A stretch of DNA of 64,000 nt, taken from contig CAVUZH010000014.1 in the NCBI GenBank assembly GCA_963745835.1, positions 384,001 to 448,000 on the forward strand, written 5' to 3'. The stretch's first letter is position 1. Every line of letters begins with the position of its first letter. Below the pieces are notes generated by a model. It saw nothing but the letters and a program-made list of their open reading frames with translations, was not told where the DNA came from and ran no database searches. This document shows, in pieces, positions 51,873-60,711 of the stretch. The stretch is from an uncultured delta proteobacterium (GTDB lineage Bacteria > Desulfobacterota > Binatia > UBA9968). The translations under genes and the position numbers were made by a program.

Positions 51873-52273
51873 GACCGCGTGTGACAACCCGAACCTGCTT
51901 CGGCTGTGCCGGCGCATTCGGTCCAATCCTATCGATCACGAGACTAAGCGCATTCTGAATGCTGCCCTGAACCGTCTTCAAATCTGGCGATCGGCTGAGC
52001 GCTTGAGCTATCAGCGTTGCCTCTGGGTTAACCTGAAACTTAGGCCAGAACGTGAAATGCTCAACGCTGCTAAGTAACGCCGCCATGGCATCTCTCTGCC
52101 CAACTATCGAGCGACTGAAATGCTGGGAGTGAACCAAATAGACTTTTATGCTGAATGGCGGAGATGATATCGGGTGTTTTCTTAGGCTTAGGCATTCCCA
52201 TTATGGTGTCCCCTTGAACTGAAAAGGGTTTGTGATATTTACCCCGGACATTTTGCACCGGGAGATACTTACT

Positions 52274-52579
52274 ATGACTCTATTCTGGTCCAGGCATAAC
52301 GAACAAACTTTCCTTGCACTATTGTTGACGATCCTTTTCCTGGCTGTTTGTCTCAGCGGTTGCAGTAACAAAGATTCGCTAGAGTCTTTGGAGATCGATG
52401 TTGTGGCGTGGAATGAAAAAGTAGACAAACTCAAAGCCAAAATAAAAAAGGCTGCTGCTGACAATGATCGAATTGCCCATCGGAACAACGAAGAAGAGGC
52501 TAAACGTCTCGAAGTTGAGCTAGGGGAATTACTGGACCGCACTACTGCATTAGAGGCAGAAAAAGAAGGACGGATCTGA
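52274..52579 (+). CDS. Small coiled-coil lipoprotein
   Basis: Hydrophobic helix, LSGC lipobox, charged helical tail. Confidence 0.6.
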   Translation: MTLFWSRHNEQTFLALLLTILFLAVCLSGCSNKDSLESLEIDVVAWNEKVDKLKAKIKKAAADNDRIAHRNNEEEAKRLEVELGELLDRTTALEAEKEGRI

Positions 52580-52785
52580 GCTTTAAGCATCCAGGGTTCC
52601 AACCTCAGCAAGCATTTGCCCGCGCTCAACGGACGGACCGGTGTCTTGATGCGCTTGATCATTGATTGTCTGCTGATCGTCGTCGTCAAAGATGCCCACT
52701 GTGTCGTCTCCTTGCGCCGAAGAAGATTTCTCTGTATATACGCTTCGCCTTTGGGCTCGAATTACCTAACACCGGGAGTACTCAC

Positions 52786-52917
52786 ATGATCAAAACTGCC
52801 AAGCTGCAAAAGCTCTCGTCGGAAAAGGCGGAAGATTTCTTACTTGTCTCAGCAACACTGATCTTCACAGTGGGTCTCTATCTGCTGCTTACGTATCTGT
52901 TCATCAACACATTTTAA
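52786..52917 (+). CDS. Small single-TM protein (43 aa)
   Basis: GGGAG RBS; paralogous to 53053-53235. Confidence 0.5.
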   Translation: MIKTAKLQKLSSEKAEDFLLVSATLIFTVGLYLLLTYLFINTF

Positions 52918-53052
52918 GCAGATTACTTCACCGGTCCGCAGCGCCGCCCGTCCTGATCATAAAGAATCGTCACAGATTACCATTGTGTCGTCATTGCAAA
53001 TAAGAAGGTTTGTGATATTTAACCCGCCGCATTTGCGCTGGGGGATACTCAC

Positions 53053-53235
53053 ATGTTCAAGTGGCGTGGACTCTGGTCGGAGTATAAGGAAGAGACCTTG
53101 TATGTGTTAGCCATGATGATCGTTTTCTCCGGAGTGTTTTTCCTGATTTCCTACTTAATGGTCGAGAGCCTTGAACAGCATACTTCACCGGACCCGCTAG
53201 ACCGCCCGTCTTCGATCCGGTCATGGTCTTTTTGA
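53053..53235 (+). CDS. Small single-TM protein (60 aa)
   Basis: GGGGGA RBS; one TM helix. Confidence 0.55.
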   Translation: MFKWRGLWSEYKEETLYVLAMMIVFSGVFFLISYLMVESLEQHTSPDPLDRPSSIRSWSF

Positions 53236-53519
53236 CGATGGCACCGAACTCTAAAAACCTGTCCTTTGGAGAATCGCATTGAACTCCACGATGCCAACCT
53301 CGTCCAGCATTGCTTTCGCACGTCGCAACACATAGCGATGGATGCGACAACGATCAGAGCAAGCTAGCCTAACCGGTGCGTGATTGTTCTTTGTAGCCAT
53401 TGGAGCATCACAGAACGGATTAGAGCATCGTTCAGGATGCTTTTGGAACTCCGTTAATGGCTCACTGCCGGATGATTGAGCGTTAACTCTTACCATTGCC
53501 TTCCTCTGCACCATTGCTG

Positions 53520-53952
53520 CCGTTAACGGGCTGATCTTCCTTCAGAATATCGTCGAGAGGTTGGTTTTGTGCCGGCGCTCTAGGTCCAGCTGTGCAAGGT
53601 ATCGCGCCAGTGCATCAGCGAGCGCCTGCCTTTGGATGACTACCCGGAAGTAGTGTCCGCTTGCGCACGTTGATCAAGCTCGGCTGAACAAGCAGCCATC
53701 GATCAACGCTATCGAGCAGCAGCTTTGACCTCACCGCAAACTCAACCAGCGCCGCCTGCTGCGTGCTGATCATGTCCTGTCCGCCAAGATCATTGATAAG
53801 ATCGTTGCGCCACTTCGCGAGCCCTCTGCCGGTGGTGGTTCTCTTGTCTATCGCCCGACCACCCAACTGTCTTACTGCTTGCTTCAGCGCGTGTTAAGGC
53901 CGTGCTTTGTGTACCGGCAAGGGGTCTTCCGGTATGGTTCTGCTTCGCTCAT
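53520..53952 (-). pseudogene. Phage-like protein remnant (possibly terminase small subunit-like)
   Basis: KHGLNT, GGRAIDKRT...DLGG...STQQAALV, QRQALADALARYLAQL in shifting frames; boundaries approximate. Confidence 0.35.
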
Positions 53953-54200
53953 GCGCACCTCGGCAACACGGACAATTCGCGGACAATCGCAAAAAAAGCC
54001 TTTTGCTGAAACGAGTTATGGCGGAACATCCGCTTTACAGGCAACGGACATTCGCGGTTTTCGTTTTTACCCCGATAGTCACTCTGCCAGGGGACGGACA
54101 AGCACTGCAAATTGAGTTGAAGGAGAATTCAATTCAATCCTGGTTGTTCAAGTAAAACCCCGATCTTAAAAATCGCCTCGTTCCGAACAAATCTACTTGA

Positions 54201-55190
54201 TCAACTTGGTCGCCAGCGCGAGTACCCCGGCGGTATAGCCAGCCCAATCTGTTTGGCTGTTTTGAGGTTGATCACCAGCTCAAACTTTGTCGGCTGTTCA
54301 ATCGGCAAATCGCCGGGCTTGGCTCCTTTGAGAATTTTGTCCACGTAGATGGCTACGCGCCGGTAGCTGTGGGCGAGGTCCGCATTGTAGGACATGAGCC
54401 CACCGGCTTCTACAGCTTCTCTGCTGCCGTACACCGACGGTAGCCGACTCTTTAACGCAAAGCCCACGATCCGTTTTTCGTTAGGACGCATTATCCGGCC
54501 CGCGGTGATCACGTAGAGTCCATCCGGGCGCTGCTTGTTTAGCGCAGCAAAGACCTTCTCGAAGTCGTCCACCCCTCGTATCTCCCAAGGTTGAATAGTC
54601 AACCTTAGTGCATGCGCGTCGGCTGGGAGAAGCTCTTTTACCTCGTGTAAACTGGGTGCGGTTGGATCGTAAAGAACCGCGACACGGGCAAGTTTGGGAA
54701 CGGTTTCTTTGAGCAGCTCCAGCCGCTTCCCGCCTAGTTCTCTGGTAAGGTTTGTAATACCGGTAACATTGCCGCCGGGACGAGCAAGGCTTTCAACGAA
54801 GCCTGCCCTAACAGGATCGGACCCAACGCCCATCATGATGATGGGAATCGTTTTGGTCGCATTCTTGACCGCCTGGATCGGCCGGTTCCCTTCTGCCACC
54901 ACAATGATATCAACCTTCAGACGCACCAGCTCAGCCGCAAGGTCAGGATACCGATCGCGGTTCCCCTCCCCATATCGGTACTCGATGACGATGTTCTGTC
55001 CTTCTATGTAGCCAAGCTCGCGCAGAGCCAGCCGCATTGCCTCGGCACGGCCGGAGTTAGTAGCCGGATCGACCGCCGATAGATACCCTATCCGGGGGAC
55101 TTTCTTCGGCTGCTGTGCCTCGGCGAATTGGATGCTGGCCAAGAAAACAGTCAGCAGAAGAACGGTCTTCATGCCTGACGCTCTTATCAC
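54201..55190 (-). CDS. ABC_sub_bind-type substrate-binding protein (C-terminal frameshift)
   Basis: Family motifs; adding one G restores IPPGVLALATKLIK*. Confidence 0.9.
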   Translation of the reverse strand: MIRASGMKTVLLLTVFLASIQFAEAQQPKKVPRIGYLSAVDPATNSGRAEAMRLALRELGYIEGQNIVIEYRYGEGNRDRYPDLAAELVRLKVDIIVVAEGNRPIQAVKNATKTIPIIMMGVGSDPVRAGFVESLARPGGNVTGITNLTRELGGKRLELLKETVPKLARVAVLYDPTAPSLHEVKELLPADAHALRLTIQPWEIRGVDDFEKVFAALNKQRPDGLYVITAGRIMRPNEKRIVGFALKSRLPSVYGSREAVEAGGLMSYNADLAHSYRRVAIYVDKILKGAKPGDLPIEQPTKFELVINLKTAKQIGLAIPPGYSRWRPS

Positions 55191-56167
55191 TTTATGACCC
55201 TGTCGGCCCGCGCCAACACATTGGGCGGAATGGTGAGGCCGATCTGCTTGGCTGTTTTAAAATTGATTACAAGTTCGAACTTGGTCGGCTGCTCTAGTGG
55301 AAGATCAGCGGGCTTCGCGCCTTTGAGAATCTTATCGACGTAAATAGCAGCCCGCCGGAACAAATCGCCACGATCCGTTCCATAGGACATGAGGCCACCG
55401 GGTTCCACGAAGTTTTTATCGTCGTACATTCCCGGAAGCCGGTTTTGCAGTGCAATTTTCAGGAACTCCGTTCGATACTTAATGAAGAGGGGATTTCTCA
55501 GGGCGATCAAAGCGCCGGCCCTTTCTCTGAGTGCGCTCTTGAATGCGATCCCAAAGTCCTCAGGCCTGCCAACCTCAAGAGGTTGGAGCTTGATGCCCAA
55601 TGCGCCCGCTGCGGTTTCCGTTTCCTTGATCTGATCTTCTAGAGATGCATTGGTCGGATTCCAAAAGACGGCCACGCGACTGAGGTTGGCGAGAGTGTCC
55701 TTGAGAATCTCAAGCCTTTTCCCGCCAAGCTCCACGAACCCGGATAGACCTGTTACGTTCCCGCCAGGCCGTGCCAGGCTTGTTACCAATCCAGAGCCGA
55801 CTGGGTCACCCACCAGGATCACGATGGGTATGGAGGGGTTCGCCTTTTTGGCTGCGTGTGCCGCTGCTGTGATCGGCGTAAAGATGACATCAACTTTGCT
55901 GCCGATCAGCTCTGTTACGAGAGGCGCAATTCGGTCAGGTTTACCTTCCATAGCTCGGATTTCAAGACTTACGTTCTTTCCCTCAACGTATCCAAGCTCG
56001 CGCAGCCCCTGACGGAACGGTTCGATGCCCTGGCTCTCGGAAATCGAGGCACCCTCAAAAAATCCTATCCGATGAACTTTCGTCGCCTGCTGCGCCTCGA
56101 CTGCAAAGCTAAGCGACCAGAGCATAGCAGCTAGGCCGAACTGAATGACTCTCTGAGTGAGTCTCAC
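55187..56167 (-). CDS. ABC_sub_bind-type substrate-binding protein
   Basis: Signal peptide; SLARPGGNVTG; IPPNVLARADRVIK. Confidence 0.92.
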   Translation of the reverse strand: MRLTQRVIQFGLAAMLWSLSFAVEAQQATKVHRIGFFEGASISESQGIEPFRQGLRELGYVEGKNVSLEIRAMEGKPDRIAPLVTELIGSKVDVIFTPITAAAHAAKKANPSIPIVILVGDPVGSGLVTSLARPGGNVTGLSGFVELGGKRLEILKDTLANLSRVAVFWNPTNASLEDQIKETETAAGALGIKLQPLEVGRPEDFGIAFKSALRERAGALIALRNPLFIKYRTEFLKIALQNRLPGMYDDKNFVEPGGLMSYGTDRGDLFRRAAIYVDKILKGAKPADLPLEQPTKFELVINFKTAKQIGLTIPPNVLARADRVIK

Positions 56168-56405
56168 TTGATCACCTTATCAGCACGGGCAAGGACATTC
56201 TGCGGAATCATCAAAGCAATCTGCTTGGCGGTTTTCAGCTTAATGCCATCTCGAAGTCCCTCACCGAATGGAAAAAACTCGCGCCCATTAAAAACAACGC
56301 CCACGCGAGGAACGTGCCTTATACGGCATACGCTACATAAACCGAGGTCATCAGGAAGACGAAAGATAAAGGAAGGAACTCTAGAACAGAAACCCATTCA
56401 TTCAT
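56164..56405 (-). pseudogene. Internally deleted substrate-binding protein
   Basis: N-terminal RVGVV...EGLRDGI joined directly to C-terminal LKTAKQIALMIPQNVLARADKVIK. Confidence 0.75.
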
Positions 56406-56447
56406 CGTGCCTCCGTCTGTGTTCCAATTAGCGGCTGGTACTAACAC

Positions 56448-56463
56448 CGCAATGGTTATGCCA
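56448..56463 (-). promoter_or_regulatory. Putative sigma54 promoter of the SBP cluster
   Basis: TGGCAT-AACCA-TTGCG. Confidence 0.7.
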
Positions 56464-56627
56464 TAAAAGGAAACCTCTGAATACGGTATTCTTTTGATTA
56501 AACATGAGTCGGCGTAGTGCTTTGACTACAGGGCAGTATCAGATTTGATTCCCAATCCCCGAGGAGTGATCTAATGCTCAGCCTTCGTGAACTGCGAACG
56601 CTCGTAAGCGAAGCGGTAGCGGTACGA

Positions 56628-56910
56628 TTATGTCAGCGTCTCGTTCAGCATCCACGCCAGCCTCGCTCCGGCCTGTGCTAAGGGAGTCCGAATCACAGCG
56701 CGTGCCGATTCGATGCAAGTTGCAGTGATCTCGCCGGACGCAGGTAGCCGAAAAACTTGCGTCCTGACTATTGCCAGTGATTCCAGCGCCCATTTTGCCG
56801 GTGTTCCTTGTTGCCACTGGTGATCCTCACGCGTCATCGTAGCTTGGATACGTCCAACGATCTCTGTCGGAGTGCCTTGCTCTAATTCAACGAGAGCCGT
56901 AAGCAAATAC
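56628..56910 (-). pseudogene. S1/P1 nuclease C-terminal remnant
   Basis: TPAKWALESLAI...LAQAGARLAWMLNE matches the family C-terminal helix pattern. Confidence 0.6.
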
Positions 56911-57067
56911 TTACGTTCGATACTCGGGTCTCTTTGAGAGCATCGCGGCAAACCGTACTTACGAGAAGACGTGGTCTGGGATCATTATTGACGATTCTCT
57001 CTAGACAGACACCCACATTTTTGACGCCGGTACTCCATAGATTGCCAAATCAGTCCAAGGTAAATCT

Positions 57068-57083
57068 TGGCATCAGCGTTGCT
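57068..57083 (+). promoter_or_regulatory. Putative sigma54 promoter
   Basis: TGGCAT-CAGCG-TTGCT, 15 bp before the ATG at 57099. Confidence 0.55.
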
Positions 57084-57098
57084 CGGTCAGGACTGCCT

Positions 57099-57287
57099 AT
57101 GGAAAACGATCTTGAACCGCTTCGTTTGTTAACTCTCGATGAGGCGGCTAAGGTTCTGCAGGTCTCTAAGCGAACGGTACGCCGTATGGTCGATCAGAAA
57201 GAATTTCCGGCATTTAAGGTCGGCGGACAGTGGCGTGTCCGTGAAAGCGAAGTCACCAAATGGATTCAAGAACTCTCTGAGCTATAG
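57099..57287 (+). CDS. Excisionase-family (HTH_17) DNA-binding protein
   Basis: LLTLDEAAKVLQVSKRTVRRMV...PAFKVGGQWRV. Confidence 0.9.
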   Translation: MENDLEPLRLLTLDEAAKVLQVSKRTVRRMVDQKEFPAFKVGGQWRVRESEVTKWIQELSEL

Positions 57288-57566
57288 ACAGAACGTGCTT
57301 ACCACTGATTGCTCTTAGCAACACCCCAAACGGCTGCACATGCATTCAACTCAAAATGGCCAAAGCGGTTTTAAACTCTGAGATGTCATCCCAGTAAGCG
57401 TATGTTGGCTTGATCAGTGGCTCTAGCGCGGTTACAATGTCAGCTACGTAAACGCCAGCGACCCACACACACCCTAACACATTCAAGAATATAACGGCTC
57501 TGTCGTCAGCGAACTGTGCGTCGCGGAGTCCGCCTCCGCCATCAGGACGCATTAAGGCATCACCGG

Positions 57567-59264
57567 ATGACGCACTATACATTCCCGCAACTCCTCAAGC
57601 ATGATTTCGCCGATTATAACATTCCAAAATTCCGGCAGGATCTACTCGCCGGGTTGACAGTTGCCGCAGTCGCATTGCCATTGGCGCTCGCCTTCGGTGT
57701 CGCTTCAGGTGCGACTGCCAGCGCTGGTTTGATCACGGCGATATTGGCGGGCTTGATCATTGGCGGGCTTTCAGGGGCTCCTTATCAGATTTCAGGCCCA
57801 ACGGGCGCGATGAGCGCAGTGCTAATTGTGTTAGCGGAAAAACACGGTTTGGCTGGAATCTGGTTTGCCGGGATGCTGGCCGGTATGCTCTTGTTGGTTA
57901 TCGGTGTTGCCCGGCTAGGCCGCTTTATCGCGTTTGTTCCCGCCCCGGTGATTGCCGGCTTTACCTCCGGCATCGCGCTCATCATTGCGATCGGTCAAAT
58001 CGATAATCTTCTCGGCGTGCAATCAGGCCCGACAAGCTCTGCGGCTTTAAAGCTATTTGGTTACTTCAACGCCGGGCTGGTTCCGGATTGGCATGCTCTC
58101 GCGCTCGGGACTGTGGTGATTCTTACGATGATCTTGTGGCCAAAGGCATGGAGCGCTCGCTTTCCCGCATCACTCTTAGCGATCATCCTCGCAACCGTTA
58201 TTAATGCGGTGCTCGGATGGCCGGTCGGCGTCATAGGCGAAATCCCGCAAACGCTTTTGCTCGATCAACGCTTGACCTTCGATATGATTCCCTGGGCTCA
58301 TCTACAGGAGTTCGTCGCGCCAGCTCTGGCGATTACCGCATTAGGCGCGGTGGAGAGTTTGCTCTGCGGCGCAGTGGCGAGCAACATGACGGGAATTCGT
58401 TTGCAGGCCAATCAGGAACTGATTGCGCAGGGCATCGGCAATGCAATTATCCCATTTTTCGGCGGCGTACCGGCCACGGCCGCGATTGCCCGCAGCAGCG
58501 TTGGCATCAAGTCCGGCGGCCAGACCCGCCTGGTCAGCATTGTGCACGCTCTGGGCCTACTGGCTTCCATGTTTTTGCTCGGACCGATCATGGGAACCAT
58601 TCCGCTAGCCGCCCTTGCTGGGGTCTTGATGGTCACGGCATGGCACATGAATGAATGGGAAGCAATTCACTATATCTTCAGTCACCGTTTCAAAACCGCG
58701 ATGATTACGTTCTTGGTTACAATGGTGGCGACGGTCGGCTTGGACTTGACCGAGGCGATCTTACTCGGGGCCTTTATATCCGGCGCGATATTTTTGAATC
58801 AGAGCGCGAGCATCGATATCGATGTTCAAGAAGTAGACCCCGAGAAGTTGCGCAAGCGCGGCATCGAGAACGCCGGCAATTGCCGTCATGTGCGTGTGGC
58901 GTACTTGACCGGTCCGCTGTTCTTCGCCGCCACAAGCAATTTCAACGAAGCCTTTGCGCGGTTCGAAAGCACGCATGCGCTGATTCTTTCAATGCGCGGC
59001 GTGCCTTTGATCGACACCTCCGGCCTGCAAGCGATGACGGCGTTATTCTATAAGCTCAACAAGCAAGGCATCACCCTTAGCGTGACCGCGGCCCATGAAG
59101 ATGTATTGCGTATGATGGAGCGAGGCGGGTTGATTTCGATTATCGGCTCGGAGAATGTCTTTTGGAGCTCGGATCAAGCAATCGTCGCGTTGGAAAGCCG
59201 GGGCTGCGGCTATTGCCTCAAGAAGAAGCATACTATTTCCCGCCAACAAGTGGTTGCCATCTGA
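57567..59264 (+). CDS. SulP-family anion transporter with STAS domain
   Basis: DLLAGLTVAAVALPLALAFG, QISGPTGA, NQELIAQG, GPLFF, IDTSG. Confidence 0.95.
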   Translation: MTHYTFPQLLKHDFADYNIPKFRQDLLAGLTVAAVALPLALAFGVASGATASAGLITAILAGLIIGGLSGAPYQISGPTGAMSAVLIVLAEKHGLAGIWFAGMLAGMLLLVIGVARLGRFIAFVPAPVIAGFTSGIALIIAIGQIDNLLGVQSGPTSSAALKLFGYFNAGLVPDWHALALGTVVILTMILWPKAWSARFPASLLAIILATVINAVLGWPVGVIGEIPQTLLLDQRLTFDMIPWAHLQEFVAPALAITALGAVESLLCGAVASNMTGIRLQANQELIAQGIGNAIIPFFGGVPATAAIARSSVGIKSGGQTRLVSIVHALGLLASMFLLGPIMGTIPLAALAGVLMVTAWHMNEWEAIHYIFSHRFKTAMITFLVTMVATVGLDLTEAILLGAFISGAIFLNQSASIDIDVQEVDPEKLRKRGIENAGNCRHVRVAYLTGPLFFAATSNFNEAFARFESTHALILSMRGVPLIDTSGLQAMTALFYKLNKQGITLSVTAAHEDVLRMMERGGLISIIGSENVFWSSDQAIVALESRGCGYCLKKKHTISRQQVVAI

Positions 59265-59449
59265 GCGGGCAGAGAAAGTCGCAAGTGATCACAATCCAGC
59301 TAATGGCAATGCCTCCTTTATAAGCGAGTAAGGCTTAATAAGCAGCCGAATGCGTCTCGATACCTTTTCAACATGGAAACAGCATGATGACAATGATGCC
59401 CTGTCCTGAAAGTATCAGAATTGATTCATCAAGCTCGTAGCATGCTCTT

Positions 59450-59590
59450 TACTGAACGGTCTCATTAAGCATCCACGCCAGCCTCACTCCTGCCTGCGCT
59501 AAACGAGTGCGGATTACAGCACCTGCCGGTTCGATGTAAGTTGCAGTGATCTCGCCCCACACCGGTAGCTGATACACCTGCGCCCTCACA
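59450..59590 (-). pseudogene. Second S1/P1 nuclease C-terminal remnant (direct repeat of ~56647-56761)
   Basis: QVYQLPVWGEITATYIE...LAQAGVRLAWMLNE; nucleotide similarity visible by eye. Confidence 0.6.
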
Positions 59591-59706
59591 AGTCAAAGGC
59601 TGCTGGTATAAACGACCAGGATCCAAAATCACAGCAATGTTCGCGAGTTCTGAAGAAATGGACTCAACTAATTAAGTTGAAAGCTCGGGACAATTTGAGT
59701 CCGTAC

Positions 59707-60132
59707 TCAATGTCCCCGTACCGCTTGCGGACAATGCTCTTTAGCCGCTTCTAAAAGCACAACGGCTTCGTCTTCAGTGCACTCTAGGATCACGCACTTA
59801 AAAAGCGGTCTTTCATGTGACCACCGGGCGAGTTCCGGGCATTTGCGGAGAACAGTGTAGGCGGAAGCCTCAGGCATAATGTTCTGCAACAGTTGCTCGT
59901 AGTCCGCACGCGCCAGCCCGATCGTAATCTTCATTAGTTTTAGAGCGTCTGACGGTGGCAAATTGACAGCTCTATAAGCATCGATGTCAAATGAAGCATC
60001 CTCTTCCATGCGCAGATGTATAGCGATATCAATGGCCCGAATATCTGCCTCCAACTTTGCTTGTTTTTCGTAGAGCTCCCGGATCTCACGTAAAATTCTC
60101 GCCTGTAGATCGGGATCAGCAAACGTCGACAT
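59707..60132 (-). CDS. Hypothetical protein (coiled coil plus the domain shared with 48484-48744)
   Basis: GAGGAGG RBS before the ATG at 60132. Confidence 0.6.
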   Translation of the reverse strand: MSTFADPDLQARILREIRELYEKQAKLEADIRAIDIAIHLRMEEDASFDIDAYRAVNLPPSDALKLMKITIGLARADYEQLLQNIMPEASAYTVLRKCPELARWSHERPLFKCVILECTEDEAVVLLEAAKEHCPQAVRGH

Positions 60133-60711
60133 TTCTGTCCCTCCTCTTGAGGAAACTATCAAGCAGCGCAACAAACAGGCCATCCAACAGTCATTAAGTA
60201 CAACCAAATTCAACCGCCAAGCGTAAATCAGATGGACAGAAATAAACAAAAGTACATAGATGAAAGAGCCACATGGCAGAATTGACAAAGAGGCAGGAGA
60301 AGAGATGGCAGACTGTTTCGGAGAGGTTGTGTTCTAACGGTTTGGTGGTAGGAAAACTTTTAGAGCCTTAATGCCGCCGTAAAGAGACAAGGAAGGATTT
60401 TTATGGCAGCTCCTAACATTACAAGCGCTACCTCCTTCTATTCCTTGGTCCTGGCATAGGCCCTTATTGTGCTATCGCTGTGGAAGGTCGATATGGGCTT
60501 AGTTGGACGAGCAGGACTTACCTCCTGGGGAGGCGACAGCGCTGTCGTAACAAGGTTAGCACCTACAGCGGCAGGGGATGAGTCCCGCTCCGAAGTCTTT
60601 CGTCTACTCGCATCTTTGTTTTGAACTTCTGACGCTACTCGCTCCGCGAGGAAATCGTCTCCTGCTCGACAGACCCGGGACCGCACCAGCTAGTGCAAGG
60701 AGCGTTTAGGT

